A stretch of 64,000 nt of DNA from Bacteroidota bacterium (GTDB taxonomy: Bacteria; Bacteroidota; Bacteroidia; JABEUT01): contig JABCZW010000003.1 of the NCBI GenBank assembly GCA_013289475.1, forward strand, positions 17,845 through 81,844, written 5' to 3'. The notes beneath the pieces are model-generated. The model was not told the origin of the DNA, made no database searches, and was given only the letters and a program-made list of their open reading frames with translations. This document shows positions 20,426 through 30,909 of this stretch, one piece after another. Numbering within the stretch: the first letter of the stretch is position 1; every line of letters begins with the position of its first letter. The translations under genes were made by a program, and so were the position numbers.

Positions 20426-21316
20426 TTAATTTAATTTAAAATCATGCCATTCATCAAATTTTTGCCCCGTAATTTCTCTCAACTTCGCTACCTCATCAAC
20501 TAACATTTGCTTTAGCCATTCTCTCTGGTCAGCAGTAATACCGGGTAACTCTTCGCGTTTTATAAAAAACTTCTCTACTACCTTATTTTTAGCCCGGCCA
20601 AAAAGTTTGTTTGGAAGGATAAAAGAAATACTTTTCATGAAACCGGGTGTTACATTAACTTTTTTTTCTGTTATACCGGCAAAAGTTTCTTTAATATCAT
20701 TTATATTGGACAAATTCAGAAAAGCAAAACATTCATTTAAGGTAGAAAGCGGTGCCGATTTCAATTGTTCAGTAGTAATAACATAAAGGTTCTCCCTGCC
20801 AAAAGCCTTTATATATTCCGCAACAGCACTTCCATAAAAACTTTCCTGCAAATAATTTTTGTAAGCACCGCCCTTTAATGGCTTGTTTGCATCAAACACC
20901 GCATTTCTGTCACTCATAATCTCGGCTTCAAAAGAGAGTGTTTCAAGTCCCATATTATTACGTATCCATGAAAAGTGAGAAAAAATCCGGTCAATGGGGT
21001 TACGCAATATAAATATAAATCTGGGGGCGGACAGGTCTTTTTTTATCCTTTCAACCGCAGCTTTAGAGATAAAGTAAGTAGTACTTGATTCGCCATAATA
21101 AACAATATCCTTTTTGGTATTGCATGTAAACAAAGCATTATGATAACCAATACCCTTGTTATATTCAGTATCTATTGCAAAATAATGAGGCTCTTTGTTT
21201 TCCGACATGCATATATTCGGGTGCTGGTTCAAATAAGCATGCAAGCTTGTAGTTCCCGATTTTCCTGCACCCGGAATAAGCAAATTGACTTTATATTCAG
21301 ATATATTCATTAGCAC
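20426..21316 (-). CDS. sulfotransferase-family protein (PAPS-dependent)
   Basis: The 5'-PSB-like motif IPGAGKSGTTSL and the 3'-PB-like motif ILRNPIDRIFSHF are both present. Overall length is 296 aa. Its 3' end overlaps the wzt start (ATGA). Confidence 0.75.
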   Translation of the reverse strand: MLMNISEYKVNLLIPGAGKSGTTSLHAYLNQHPNICMSENKEPHYFAIDTEYNKGIGYHNALFTCNTKKDIVYYGESSTTYFISKAAVERIKKDLSAPRFIFILRNPIDRIFSHFSWIRNNMGLETLSFEAEIMSDRNAVFDANKPLKGGAYKNYLQESFYGSAVAEYIKAFGRENLYVITTEQLKSAPLSTLNECFAFLNLSNINDIKETFAGITEKKVNVTPGFMKSISFILPNKLFGRAKNKVVEKFFIKREELPGITADQREWLKQMLVDEVAKLREITGQKFDEWHDFKLN

Positions 21317-22551
21317 CTGGCTGAACGGACTTCAAATTCACTGTACACTTTGTCTTGCCTCAAGTTAGGTATAACGCCTCTCCCGAAATAGTCAGCTTCT
21401 TCAATATTAAGCCTGAACGCATCTTGAAGAGAATCAATAATTACTCCGCCTATTTTACTCTCGTAAATATTAATATGACAACTGTATTCACCCGGAGCAA
21501 GCTGGCACCGGGGCCAAATCCATGTGATCGTAGAGTCACCGGATAATTCAATCTCCTGCCTGTAATAGGCTGATGCTAATCCAAAAATTCGGTTACCGTT
21601 TAAATCGTTAATAACCAATGTTGCAAATGCGTTTGCCTGCCGTGACGGGTCTGAAGCTTTTACAGCAACCTGTATTCTTGCCTCTTCTCCACTCTTATAA
21701 ACTGCAACAGGTTCATTATCCTTGTTCAACAGCATATACGATGCTATGTGGAATTGTCCGTTTCCATACCTGTCTTTGCGGCTTAATAGTTCATCGCCGT
21801 TTTTATTAATATTTGAAAGGTTAAAATAAAACTGCACAGCTTTATCAGACGTATCGGCAAATACTAACTTACCCGATTGTAAAACAACGGCATTTTTACA
21901 TAATTGCGCCATTATGCCCAGGTTATGGCTTACAAACAAAATAGTTCTTCCTTCCCTGCCCACTTCTTCCATCTTACCCATGCATTTTTTCTGAAACTCC
22001 ATATCTCCAACTGCCAATACCTCGTCAATAACCAATATTTCGGGCTCAAGGAAAGCAGCCACGGAAAAAGCAAGGCGCAGTTGCATGCCACTGCTAAAAT
22101 GTTTTAACGGTGTGTCGAGGAATTTTTCAACTCCGCTAAAATCAACAATGGCATCAAACTTCGACTCTATTTCCTTTTTCTTCATTCCCAAAATAGAGCC
22201 ATTCAAAAAAATATTTTCCCTACCTGTAAGCTCGGGATGAAAACCCGTACCGACCTCGAGTAAACTTGCAATTCTTCCTCTCGATATAATTCTTCCTGAT
22301 GAAGGAGGTGTAATTTTTGAAAGTATTTTAAGCAATGTAGACTTCCCCGCCCCATTTTTACCAATTATACCAACACTTTCGCCAAGATTTACATTAAAGC
22401 TTATATCATTAAGTGCATAAAACTCCTCTACCGAAGATGAGTTGCGCTTAAATACAGATGTTACAGAATCGCGCAAGCTTAAATAAGGTTGTTTTTCGTG
22501 ATTTATACGAAATGTTTTGGATACATTTTTTATTTCCAGTATGGGCTTCAT
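21310..22551 (-). CDS. wzt: ABC transporter ATP-binding protein, Wzt/KpsT type, with a C-terminal ~160-aa extension (putative glycan-terminus-binding module)
   Basis: Walker A GKNGAGKST, the signature FSSGMQLRL, Walker B ILVIDE and an H-loop are present. The 413-aa length, against about 250 aa for the ATPase core, indicates a Wzt_C-like extension. Confidence 0.85.
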   Translation of the reverse strand: MKPILEIKNVSKTFRINHEKQPYLSLRDSVTSVFKRNSSSVEEFYALNDISFNVNLGESVGIIGKNGAGKSTLLKILSKITPPSSGRIISRGRIASLLEVGTGFHPELTGRENIFLNGSILGMKKKEIESKFDAIVDFSGVEKFLDTPLKHFSSGMQLRLAFSVAAFLEPEILVIDEVLAVGDMEFQKKCMGKMEEVGREGRTILFVSHNLGIMAQLCKNAVVLQSGKLVFADTSDKAVQFYFNLSNINKNGDELLSRKDRYGNGQFHIASYMLLNKDNEPVAVYKSGEEARIQVAVKASDPSRQANAFATLVINDLNGNRIFGLASAYYRQEIELSGDSTITWIWPRCQLAPGEYSCHINIYESKIGGVIIDSLQDAFRLNIEEADYFGRGVIPNLRQDKVYSEFEVRSARC

Positions 22552-22553
22552 CG

Positions 22554-23366
22554 CTATGCCAGATCAGCAAAATAAACTTCTGTTTTTCTAAAATAAAATA
22601 AGCCCACTATAAAAAAGAATAAAGCAGAACCGAAGCTTATATATAACAAGTTAAACTGCAACGCCTGTTCATTGAACCCTGAACGGAATAATTCAATAGC
22701 GCTGTACATTGGATTTACTGCCAATGCATATTGTATCCACCCGTTTGAAATTTTTGAAACCGGGTATATAACGGGGGTCAGAAACAATAAAGCCTGTACC
22801 ATAAAGGGAATTACATACCTGAAATCGCGATACTTTACGTTTAAGGCAGCCAACAATGAGCCCACTCCAAAGGTTGAAATAGAAGTAATGAATATACTTA
22901 CGACTAACATTACAGGGAACCAAACCAATGAAACATGAACCTGGTAGTAAATAAGTATTACAATAAAAATAACAAAGGCCATAATAAAATCGAACAAGGC
23001 AACAAGTATTGACGATATAGGTATAATAAGGCGTGGAAAATATATCTTCTTAATTATATTGGCATTGGTTACCATACTATTACCTGCATTTGTTAACCCC
23101 GTGGAAAACACAGTCCATAAAATAAGGCCCGAAAGTGCAAAAACAGGGTAAGGCAATCCTTCCTGAGGGCCACCCTTGCCAAAAAAGACTGTGAAAATTG
23201 CCATGAGTAATAATGGCTGAAAAATAGCCCAGGCAAACCCGAAAAAAGTCTGTTTGTATTTAACCTTAATATCACGCAGGGTAAAGAAAAAGAATAGCTC
23301 GCGGTATTGCCAGAGTTCTTTTACTCCAAGGCTCAGTTTTTCATGCGGCTTTATTTCATATTCCAT
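22554..23366 (-). CDS. wzm: ABC-2 type polysaccharide export permease (Wzm)
   Basis: 270 aa with 6 TM segments, lying immediately upstream of wzt. A TATATTTG -7-like motif (minus strand) is at 23373-23380. Confidence 0.8.
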   Translation of the reverse strand: MEYEIKPHEKLSLGVKELWQYRELFFFFTLRDIKVKYKQTFFGFAWAIFQPLLLMAIFTVFFGKGGPQEGLPYPVFALSGLILWTVFSTGLTNAGNSMVTNANIIKKIYFPRLIIPISSILVALFDFIMAFVIFIVILIYYQVHVSLVWFPVMLVVSIFITSISTFGVGSLLAALNVKYRDFRYVIPFMVQALLFLTPVIYPVSKISNGWIQYALAVNPMYSAIELFRSGFNEQALQFNLLYISFGSALFFFIVGLFYFRKTEVYFADLA

Positions 23367-23472
23367 ATTTTACAAATATACAGATATCCTATGTAATCTC
23401 TTTATAAACAGGGCTAAAACATTAATTTAATACTACGCTGTTTTCGTGTATTCCTTATTTATTAAAATAGTA

Positions 23473-23480
23473 TACTTTTG
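23473..23480 (+). promoter_or_regulatory. Bacteroidota sigma-A -7-like element (TACTTTTG)
   Basis: Matches the TAnnTTTG consensus, about 25 bp upstream of the ATG at 23505. Confidence 0.35.
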
Positions 23481-23504
23481 TGTCAATCATTAAACCTCCT
23501 TTAC

Positions 23505-24041
23505 ATGTATAAAAAATATATTATAGCCGGGCTTGTATGCGGCCTGTTTTCATTTACTTCATGCAAACACGCTAACGATGACGCTGAACCTGAATTGGGT
23601 GCAGGAATGATACGGATGGACCTTACCCCCCTTGGTATACCTGCCACTATTGACATACCTGATACAACAAAAAAACCGCATGCTATTGAAGCGTTGCCTT
23701 CTGGCGATATACATGTATCTGTTGATAGAGGATTTAATATGCTTATTAATGTATCGGGTATGGATATGGACCGCAAGAAAAAGGACATAGCCGGTAATGA
23801 TGTAGATAAATTCCAGAGTTGGGTAGTACAGGATAGCAATGCTATTTTATACAAAACCCAAATGGTTAACGAAGAATTCCATTTTTATTCAATAATAAAG
23901 AAAGGCGGTAAAGCTTTTTATGCTTACGACCAAACCCAGGGCAGCGATGGTAATGTAACCAACTTTAGTCAGAAGCAAGCGCATGACATGCTTGATGCTG
24001 CAAAGACATTACATATGCTTAAACCGGCTGCAAAGAGCTAA
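23505..24041 (+). CDS. hypothetical lipoprotein
   Basis: MYKKYIIAGLVCGLFSFTSC carries a lipobox Cys. I recognise no other domain. Confidence 0.5.
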   Translation: MYKKYIIAGLVCGLFSFTSCKHANDDAEPELGAGMIRMDLTPLGIPATIDIPDTTKKPHAIEALPSGDIHVSVDRGFNMLINVSGMDMDRKKKDIAGNDVDKFQSWVVQDSNAILYKTQMVNEEFHFYSIIKKGGKAFYAYDQTQGSDGNVTNFSQKQAHDMLDAAKTLHMLKPAAKS

Positions 24042-24052
24042 AGAAGTAAAAT

Positions 24053-24346
24053 TTATTTCTTATCAATAACCTTAGGGGCTTTGATATAGTCAGAGTCCCT
24101 TTTAGGTGCATTTTTCAATGCTTCCTGCTGCGTAATTACTTGCTTCACTTCGTCGTCGCGCATTACGTTCGTGGTATCATTCAAGTACACCAGTGGCTCA
24201 ACAGATGTGGTATCGATCTCGTTTAGTTTTTCTACAAACCCTACGATACGGTTAAGGTCGTTTACAATCTCGTTGCGCGAAGCATCATCGAATTCAAGCT
24301 TGGCTAAATCAGCAAGTTTATCAACTGTTTTCGAATCAATTTTCAT
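24053..24346 (-). CDS. gatC: Asp-tRNA(Asn)/Glu-tRNA(Gln) amidotransferase subunit C
   Basis: 97 aa with MKIDSKTVDKLADLAKLEFDDASRNEIVNDLNRIVGFVEKLNEIDT, a typical GatC. Confidence 0.85.
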   Translation of the reverse strand: MKIDSKTVDKLADLAKLEFDDASRNEIVNDLNRIVGFVEKLNEIDTTSVEPLVYLNDTTNVMRDDEVKQVITQQEALKNAPKRDSDYIKAPKVIDKK

Positions 24347-24363
24347 ACCTCAAAATTAGTTTT

Positions 24364-25533
24364 TTAGTTAACAACCATATACGGGTAGCGCACACTGTAC
24401 TGCTTTCTTACTTCACTCAACAAAACCGAACGTAATTCCTCAACATTGGTCCTGTTAGCCGCAGATACAAATACACAGGGCTCATGAGATTTTTGAATGA
24501 ATGAGTTCTTAAACCCTTCTAAAGAAAGCGGAACCATTTCATCTTCTTCCTCGTTTTGTATACGGTACAGGTCCATTTTATTAAAAACAGTTAGCATAGG
24601 CTTATCGGCACATTTAAGTTCGGTAAGGGTTTGCTTAACAATCTTTATATGCTCTTCAAATGAAGGATGCGAAACATCTACCACATGCAATAACAAATCG
24701 GCTTCCCTAACCTCATCCAGCGTTGACTTAAAAGACTCGATTAAGAATGTAGGTAGTTTCCTGATAAAACCTACTGTATCAGAAAGCAGGAATGTTGTAT
24801 TATCAAATGTCACTTTGCGCACTGTTGTATCCAATGTTGCAAAAAGAGCGTTTTCGGCAAATACGTTTGAATGGCTCAACATATTCATTATTGTTGACTT
24901 ACCGGCATTGGTATAACCAACCAATGAAACGCGAATGAGCTGCCCCCTGTTTCTGCGTTGTGTTGTCATCTGTCTGTCAACATCCACAAGCCTGTCTCTT
25001 AACAAGGCAATACGCTTACGTATACGCCTTCTGTCAGTTTCTATTTCCGACTCACCGGGGCCACGTAAACCAATACCACCACGTTGTTTTTCCAAGTGTG
25101 TCCACATACCCATTAGGCGTGGTAACAGATATTCGTATTGTGCTAATTCTACCTGCGTTTTGGCATAAGCTGTTTGTGCCCGGTCGGCAAAAATATCGAG
25201 GATAAGGCCAGTACGGTCAAGTATCTTGCGTTTAAACTCAGCTTCTAAGTTACGCTGCTGCGAAGGAGAAAGTTCATCATCAAAAATTACCAGATCAACT
25301 TCCTTATGTTCCTCTATATATGCTTGTATCTCCTTTACCTTGCCGCTGCCAATAAGAAAAGCAGGATCGAAACGGCTAAGGTTTTGGGTGAATATTTTAA
25401 CCGGGGTTGCTCCTGCTGTATGGCAGAGCATGGTAAGTTCATCTAAATATTCGGTAAGCTGTTCTTTAGGCTGATCTTTATGACCAATGCCTACCAGTAT
25501 TGCTTTCTCCTTACCTCTTACGCGCTCAATCAT
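24364..25533 (-). CDS. hflX: GTPase HflX
   Basis: 389 aa with the HflX N-domain, G1 GYTNAGKST, G3 DTVGF and G4 NKMD. Confidence 0.9.
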   Translation of the reverse strand: MIERVRGKEKAILVGIGHKDQPKEQLTEYLDELTMLCHTAGATPVKIFTQNLSRFDPAFLIGSGKVKEIQAYIEEHKEVDLVIFDDELSPSQQRNLEAEFKRKILDRTGLILDIFADRAQTAYAKTQVELAQYEYLLPRLMGMWTHLEKQRGGIGLRGPGESEIETDRRRIRKRIALLRDRLVDVDRQMTTQRRNRGQLIRVSLVGYTNAGKSTIMNMLSHSNVFAENALFATLDTTVRKVTFDNTTFLLSDTVGFIRKLPTFLIESFKSTLDEVREADLLLHVVDVSHPSFEEHIKIVKQTLTELKCADKPMLTVFNKMDLYRIQNEEEDEMVPLSLEGFKNSFIQKSHEPCVFVSAANRTNVEELRSVLLSEVRKQYSVRYPYMVVN

Positions 25534-25544
25534 GTACTATGCTA

Positions 25545-25982
25545 TTAAAACCAAGGGCGGTGTACCATCATGAACGGCCAAGGGATGGCCGCAAATATCA
25601 CCACTAAAGCTATAAGAAAAAACCAAAATGCTTTTTTAAACTTGGCCGAATCGGTAGCTGCTTTTTTGCTGCTTATGCGGCCAATTGTAATAAGTGCAAT
25701 GGCTATTAACATCATTACTGAGTGTTCCATAGTAAAGAAACGCAACTGGTCATCTTTCATGGCTGCACCTGTAAACATTACCATTGGGCTAATAAAGTAA
25801 AGTACTATACCAACCAGTAATTGGGTATGGGTGGATATTAACAGGAACAAACTTATTTTATTATCGGAAGGAGCATAGGCGCGCTTCGACATCATGCCGT
25901 TTAGCGATTTGAATATGGCTGCCAACAGCAATAAAAGAACGATCCAACGGAGGAAAGAGTGAATTTGTATTAATAAGCCCAT
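25545..25982 (-). CDS. hypothetical membrane protein (4 TM)
   Basis: 145 aa and hydrophobic throughout; no recognised family. Confidence 0.45.
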   Translation of the reverse strand: MGLLIQIHSFLRWIVLLLLLAAIFKSLNGMMSKRAYAPSDNKISLFLLISTHTQLLVGIVLYFISPMVMFTGAAMKDDQLRFFTMEHSVMMLIAIALITIGRISSKKAATDSAKFKKAFWFFLIALVVIFAAIPWPFMMVHRPWF

Positions 25983-26065
25983 TATAAATAAGATTTAGAT
26001 AGCAAAATTAGCAAAATTGCCATAGCCTTGCTTACTTTGCGCCCGAATTAGCTCACCTTGACCCT

Positions 26066-29000
26066 ATGAAAAAATTACTTCCCTTATTAAGTATCTCATT
26101 TTTACTGACTACCTATGTTGTAGCGCAGCAAACAATGCCTCTTAACGGCACGCACGATGTACGTCATAGCTATTATGCATTTACTCATGCGCATATTTAC
26201 CAGGACTATGCTACTGTGCTTGACGATGCCACACTTTTAATAAAAGATGGCAACATTATAGACATTGGCACCAATGTTACCCTTCCGAAAGGAACGGTTG
26301 TTTACGATTGCAAAGGCAAAACTATTTATCCTTCTTTTATTGACTTATATACAAGTTACGGCATGCCCGCAATACCAGCAGATAAACGCCCGCACAGGGG
26401 TTATTTCCCGCAAATGACAAGCACTACTCCGGGTGCCTTCGATGCCAACCAAGCCATCCGCCCGGAAGAGAATGCCGAACAGTCGTTCAACACCAATTCT
26501 GCCGATGCTGCACAATACAGGAATTTAGGGTTTGGGGTTGCACTAACATCTTACCACGATGGAATTGCGCAAGGTTCTTTTGCCTTGGTAACATTAGCTG
26601 ACACCAACGACCACGAGGCCATACTTAGCGGTAAAGCAGCAGCCGGTTATTCTTTAAGCAAAGGATCTTCAACCCAGGAGTATCCGTCTTCGTTAATGGG
26701 ATCTATTGGTGTTTTGCGCCAGGCATATTATGATGCGGCGTGGTACAAAACCAGCAAACATAAAACCGAATACAATATTTCGTTAGAGGCTTTCAATAAC
26801 CTGCAGTCATTACCGCAGATATTTAAGGTAGATAATAAGCTATCTATTTTAAGGGCAGATAAAATTGCCCGCGAGTTTAATGTAAACTACATTATTAAGG
26901 GCGATGGCGACGAATACCAATTGCTTGATGCCATTAAAAACACAAACAGGCAATTTATTGTTCCGCTCAACTTCCCCGACAAACCCAATGTGCAGGACCC
27001 TTATGATGCATTGATGGTAAGTAGCACTGCACTCATGAGCTGGCAAATGGCTGCACTTAACCCAGGCGCTATGGAAAAAGCGGGCATGACCTTTGCACTT
27101 ACAACCGATGGACTTAAAGATAAAAATGCTTTTTGGGTTAACCTGCGTAAGGCAGTAAAATTAGGGCTATCGGTGCAGGGAGCATTAAAAGCGCTGACCT
27201 ATACGCCAGCACAAATGATGCATATGCAGGATAAAATCGGTTCACTGAAAAAAGGAATGATGGCCAACTTTATTATCACTTCGGGTGATATGTTTAAGCC
27301 GGGCACCGTTATTTATTCTAACTGGATACGTGGTAACCCTAACCAGGTAAATGATACTACCAATGTTGATCTGCATGGTAATTACACCCTTACCATTAAT
27401 GGCAACCAAACGTATACCCTGCAAATAAAAGGCGATATAACCAATGCGAATGCCACAGTATTTGATGCACAGAGGCACAACATTGTTACATACATACATG
27501 TTTCAAACCCGATGGTTACTATTTCCTTCAGGTCGAGAACAGATAGTATTTATGCATTCAGGTTAAATGGTACGTTGTCGAATGATAATAAAACCATGAG
27601 CGGTACAGGTATGGAAGGCATGCAGCCCTTAACATGGCAGGCAACATACACAAGTCCTGTTTCGGCCGACACTATTCATGAACCCATATTAACTATACCA
27701 ACATTGGATGATGTGAGATATCCCTTCCAGGCTTATGGCAGGACAAAAGATGAACAGGATTCTATACAAAAGGTTGACAAAGAATTTGTAATACGCAATG
27801 CAACCGTTTGGACCGGCGAAGGCGACAGCGCTTTGCTGAATACCGATGTGTATGTAAAAGACGGCAAGATAGAAGCAGTAGGTAAAAAACTTACCGTACC
27901 TAAAGATGCAACTGTAATTGATGGGACAGGTAAATATTTAACCGCAGGTATTATTGACGAACATTCGCATATTGCTATTGAAGGCGGAGTAAATGAAGGT
28001 TCCGAAGCCTGCAGTTCTGAAGTACGCATAGGCGATGTAATTAATTCGGAAGATATAAGCATATACAGGAGTTTGGCCGGCGGTGTTGTGGCTGCACAAC
28101 TATTGCATGGCTCAGCAAACCCTATTGGCGGGCAAAGCGGAATTGTAAAACTCCGCTGGGGAGTTATACCCGAACAAATGAAAATACAATACGCAGTTCC
28201 GTTTATAAAATTTGCTTTAGGCGAAAACGTAAAGCAAGCCAACTGGGGCGACCAGTTTGTGGTGCGCTACCCGCAAACACGCATGGGTGTTGAGCAGTTT
28301 TATTACGACAGGTTTATACATGCCCGTGAATACGAAGCAGCATGGAAGGCATACAATTCTGCAAAAGACAAAAATGCAATGGATGAGCCACGCAGAGATT
28401 TAGAAATGGATGCGCTTGTACAGATATTAAATGGAGAACGTTTTATTACCTGCCACTCTTATGTGCAGTCTGAAATTAATATGCTAATGCATGTGGCTGA
28501 CTCTATGCACTTCCAGTTCAATACATTCACACACGGGCTTGAAGCATATAAGGTAGCTGATAAAATTGCAACACGCCATATTGGTGTTTCATGCTTTGCT
28601 GACTGGTGGGCATATAAAATAGAAGTTATGGAAGCCATACCATATAATGCTGCCATTACAACTAAAATGGGAATCGTTACAGCCATCAATTCAGATGATG
28701 ATGAAATGCAGCGCCGCCTGAACCAAGAAGCTGCCAAGACAGTAAAATATGGAGGATTAACTGAACAACAGGCATGGAGAACAGTAACACTTAACCCTGC
28801 TAAACTTTTGCACCTCGATGCACATACCGGCAGTATTAAAGTAGGTAAAGATGCTGACCTTGTTCTCTGGTCTGCCGACCCATTATCGGTTTATGCAATG
28901 GCAGAAAAAACTTTTGTGGATGGTATTTGCGAGTTTGACAGAGCAGATGATGCTAACATGCGTAAAGAAATTGCTGAAGTGAGAGCAGATATTATTAACC

Positions 29001-29071
29001 AGGTATTGAAGGACCCAAGCAAACCACTACCTCCATCAAAACCTGTTGGCCAAAGAAGAAAGATAAAATAG
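26066..29071 (+). CDS. amidohydrolase-family protein, large two-domain periplasmic form
   Basis: 1001 aa with a signal peptide. Metal-dependent hydrolase motifs are present (IDEHSHIAIEGG, HG...NP). Confidence 0.8.
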   Translation: MKKLLPLLSISFLLTTYVVAQQTMPLNGTHDVRHSYYAFTHAHIYQDYATVLDDATLLIKDGNIIDIGTNVTLPKGTVVYDCKGKTIYPSFIDLYTSYGMPAIPADKRPHRGYFPQMTSTTPGAFDANQAIRPEENAEQSFNTNSADAAQYRNLGFGVALTSYHDGIAQGSFALVTLADTNDHEAILSGKAAAGYSLSKGSSTQEYPSSLMGSIGVLRQAYYDAAWYKTSKHKTEYNISLEAFNNLQSLPQIFKVDNKLSILRADKIAREFNVNYIIKGDGDEYQLLDAIKNTNRQFIVPLNFPDKPNVQDPYDALMVSSTALMSWQMAALNPGAMEKAGMTFALTTDGLKDKNAFWVNLRKAVKLGLSVQGALKALTYTPAQMMHMQDKIGSLKKGMMANFIITSGDMFKPGTVIYSNWIRGNPNQVNDTTNVDLHGNYTLTINGNQTYTLQIKGDITNANATVFDAQRHNIVTYIHVSNPMVTISFRSRTDSIYAFRLNGTLSNDNKTMSGTGMEGMQPLTWQATYTSPVSADTIHEPILTIPTLDDVRYPFQAYGRTKDEQDSIQKVDKEFVIRNATVWTGEGDSALLNTDVYVKDGKIEAVGKKLTVPKDATVIDGTGKYLTAGIIDEHSHIAIEGGVNEGSEACSSEVRIGDVINSEDISIYRSLAGGVVAAQLLHGSANPIGGQSGIVKLRWGVIPEQMKIQYAVPFIKFALGENVKQANWGDQFVVRYPQTRMGVEQFYYDRFIHAREYEAAWKAYNSAKDKNAMDEPRRDLEMDALVQILNGERFITCHSYVQSEINMLMHVADSMHFQFNTFTHGLEAYKVADKIATRHIGVSCFADWWAYKIEVMEAIPYNAAITTKMGIVTAINSDDDEMQRRLNQEAAKTVKYGGLTEQQAWRTVTLNPAKLLHLDAHTGSIKVGKDADLVLWSADPLSVYAMAEKTFVDGICEFDRADDANMRKEIAEVRADIINQVLKDPSKPLPPSKPVGQRRKIK

Positions 29072-29151
29072 TATTAGGTAATGAGAATTGAGTATAGAGA
29101 AATAGTAAAGCGTATTTAATTATTGAACGAGTTTATTTAAACAGATATATC

Positions 29152-30465
29152 ATGAAAAATTTAGCCCTAACCTTTTCACTTTTAGTTTTTAGCTTTTCAC
29201 TCTCTTTAGCTCAGCAGCCTACGCCTGCACCCAAAGAATCAAAAAGTATTTTGCTGATGAACGGCACTGTGCATATTGGTAATGGTAAAGTGATACAAAA
29301 TGGAGTAGTTGGCATAAAAGATGGCAAGATCATACTTGTTGGCGATGCAACAACAACCATGGTAAAGAAGGATGCTTACGATACCACCATTAACTGTTTT
29401 GGCAAGCAAATTTACCCCGGCTTTATTGCACCCGATTGTACACTAGGTTTAGTAGAAACAGAATCGGTACGTGCTGAAACAGATGTAGCAGATATTGGAC
29501 AGTTGAACCCTGAACTACGTACCTTGACAACGTATAATACCGATTCGAAAATTACTCCCGTAGTAAGAATCAATGGGGTACTTACTGCACAAATAACTCC
29601 ACGCGGAGAACTTATTACCGGCACTTCTTCTGTAATGAATTTAGATGGATGGAACTGGGAAGATGCACAGTACAAAGCCGATGACGGTGTACACATGAAC
29701 TGGCCGAAAATAATGAGCAGGATACGCCTGAATGAGGATGAACTGGGCGGATATGTTGACAATAAGAACTATGACAAACAGGTGCAGGTTCTGCAAAAAT
29801 TCTTTGCCGATGCGCAGGCATATAACCAGCAGACTACGCATGACGAAAACAATACCAAGTTCGAAGCTATGAAGGGTATATTCAGCGGTAGCCAAACCCT
29901 GTTTATACATACTGATTATGTGAAAGAAATATTGGCAGCCATTACCATGATAAAAGGTTTTAACATTCCTAAAATAGTGTTGGTTGGTGGCCGCGATTCA
30001 TGGATGATAACAGGCTTTTTAAAACAAAACAATATCTCGGTTATTGTAAGAAGGTTACACAGCCAACCCGGTACACCTGAAGGAGATGTGGATGAAACCT
30101 ACAAACTGCCTGCCGAATTGCAAAAAGCAGGAATTTTATTCTGCCTTGGAACAGCAGGCGATATGGAACAAAATGCTACCCGTAATTTGCCCTTTTTAGC
30201 AGGCACCGCTGCCACCTATGGGTTAACACAGGAAGAAGCCATACAATCTATAACCCTGAATGCCGCTAAAATATTGGGCATTGATAACCAATTGGGCTCG
30301 GTAGAAGAAGGGAAAGATGCCAACATAATTATATCATCGGGTGATGCACTTGATATGCGAACCAATAATATTATTTGGGCATGTATCAAAGGCAAAGCAT
30401 TGCAATTAACCAGTGTGCAGACTGCCCTTTATAATAAGTACATGAATAAGTACGGGCTGAAATAA
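29152..30465 (+). CDS. amidohydrolase-family protein
   Basis: 437 aa with a signal peptide, paired with the upstream amidohydrolase (a conserved Bacteroidota gene pair). Confidence 0.8.
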   Translation: MKNLALTFSLLVFSFSLSLAQQPTPAPKESKSILLMNGTVHIGNGKVIQNGVVGIKDGKIILVGDATTTMVKKDAYDTTINCFGKQIYPGFIAPDCTLGLVETESVRAETDVADIGQLNPELRTLTTYNTDSKITPVVRINGVLTAQITPRGELITGTSSVMNLDGWNWEDAQYKADDGVHMNWPKIMSRIRLNEDELGGYVDNKNYDKQVQVLQKFFADAQAYNQQTTHDENNTKFEAMKGIFSGSQTLFIHTDYVKEILAAITMIKGFNIPKIVLVGGRDSWMITGFLKQNNISVIVRRLHSQPGTPEGDVDETYKLPAELQKAGILFCLGTAGDMEQNATRNLPFLAGTAATYGLTQEEAIQSITLNAAKILGIDNQLGSVEEGKDANIIISSGDALDMRTNNIIWACIKGKALQLTSVQTALYNKYMNKYGLK

Positions 30466-30503
30466 TAGGATTATTAGGAATCCGACCACTTAAAAATAGA
30501 GGT

Positions 30504-30776
30504 ATGTTTCGTATTATAATTATTTCGTTATATATTTTAGTTCCGCTAATTTCAACGCTAGTTTTTAAGCAATTGAGAATTAAGTGGTGGAAATACTTAA
30601 CTTATATTTTTACCCTTATATTGCTATTCTTTTGCCCATCCATTGTTTTTTATTTACATCCTATGCCTCATATGGAGTGTGGTATGTTTTATGGTGCAAT
30701 ATTCTTAGGTAATACATTTATTGGCTTACCAATTGCCGCTTTAATACAATTTCTATTTAATAACCTATTAGTGTAA
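30504..30776 (+). CDS. small hypothetical membrane protein
   Basis: 90 aa with 3 hydrophobic helices; no homology recognised. Confidence 0.3.
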   Translation: MFRIIIISLYILVPLISTLVFKQLRIKWWKYLTYIFTLILLFFCPSIVFYLHPMPHMECGMFYGAIFLGNTFIGLPIAALIQFLFNNLLV

Positions 30777-30909
30777 ATAGGTATATCATTGCAAAAATCC
30801 ATTTCGAATAAAAAGTATTTGCCACTATCCACCAAAATTATTTACTGTCAAGTTTTTAGACTGTTCAAAAATTAATAAACATTTTATTCCATATATTATA
30901 TTTATTGAC

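Noticed and set aside
22672-22938. Overlapping plus/minus ORFs inside wzm
   Set aside because: They are embedded in a confident membrane-permease gene and are frame artefacts.
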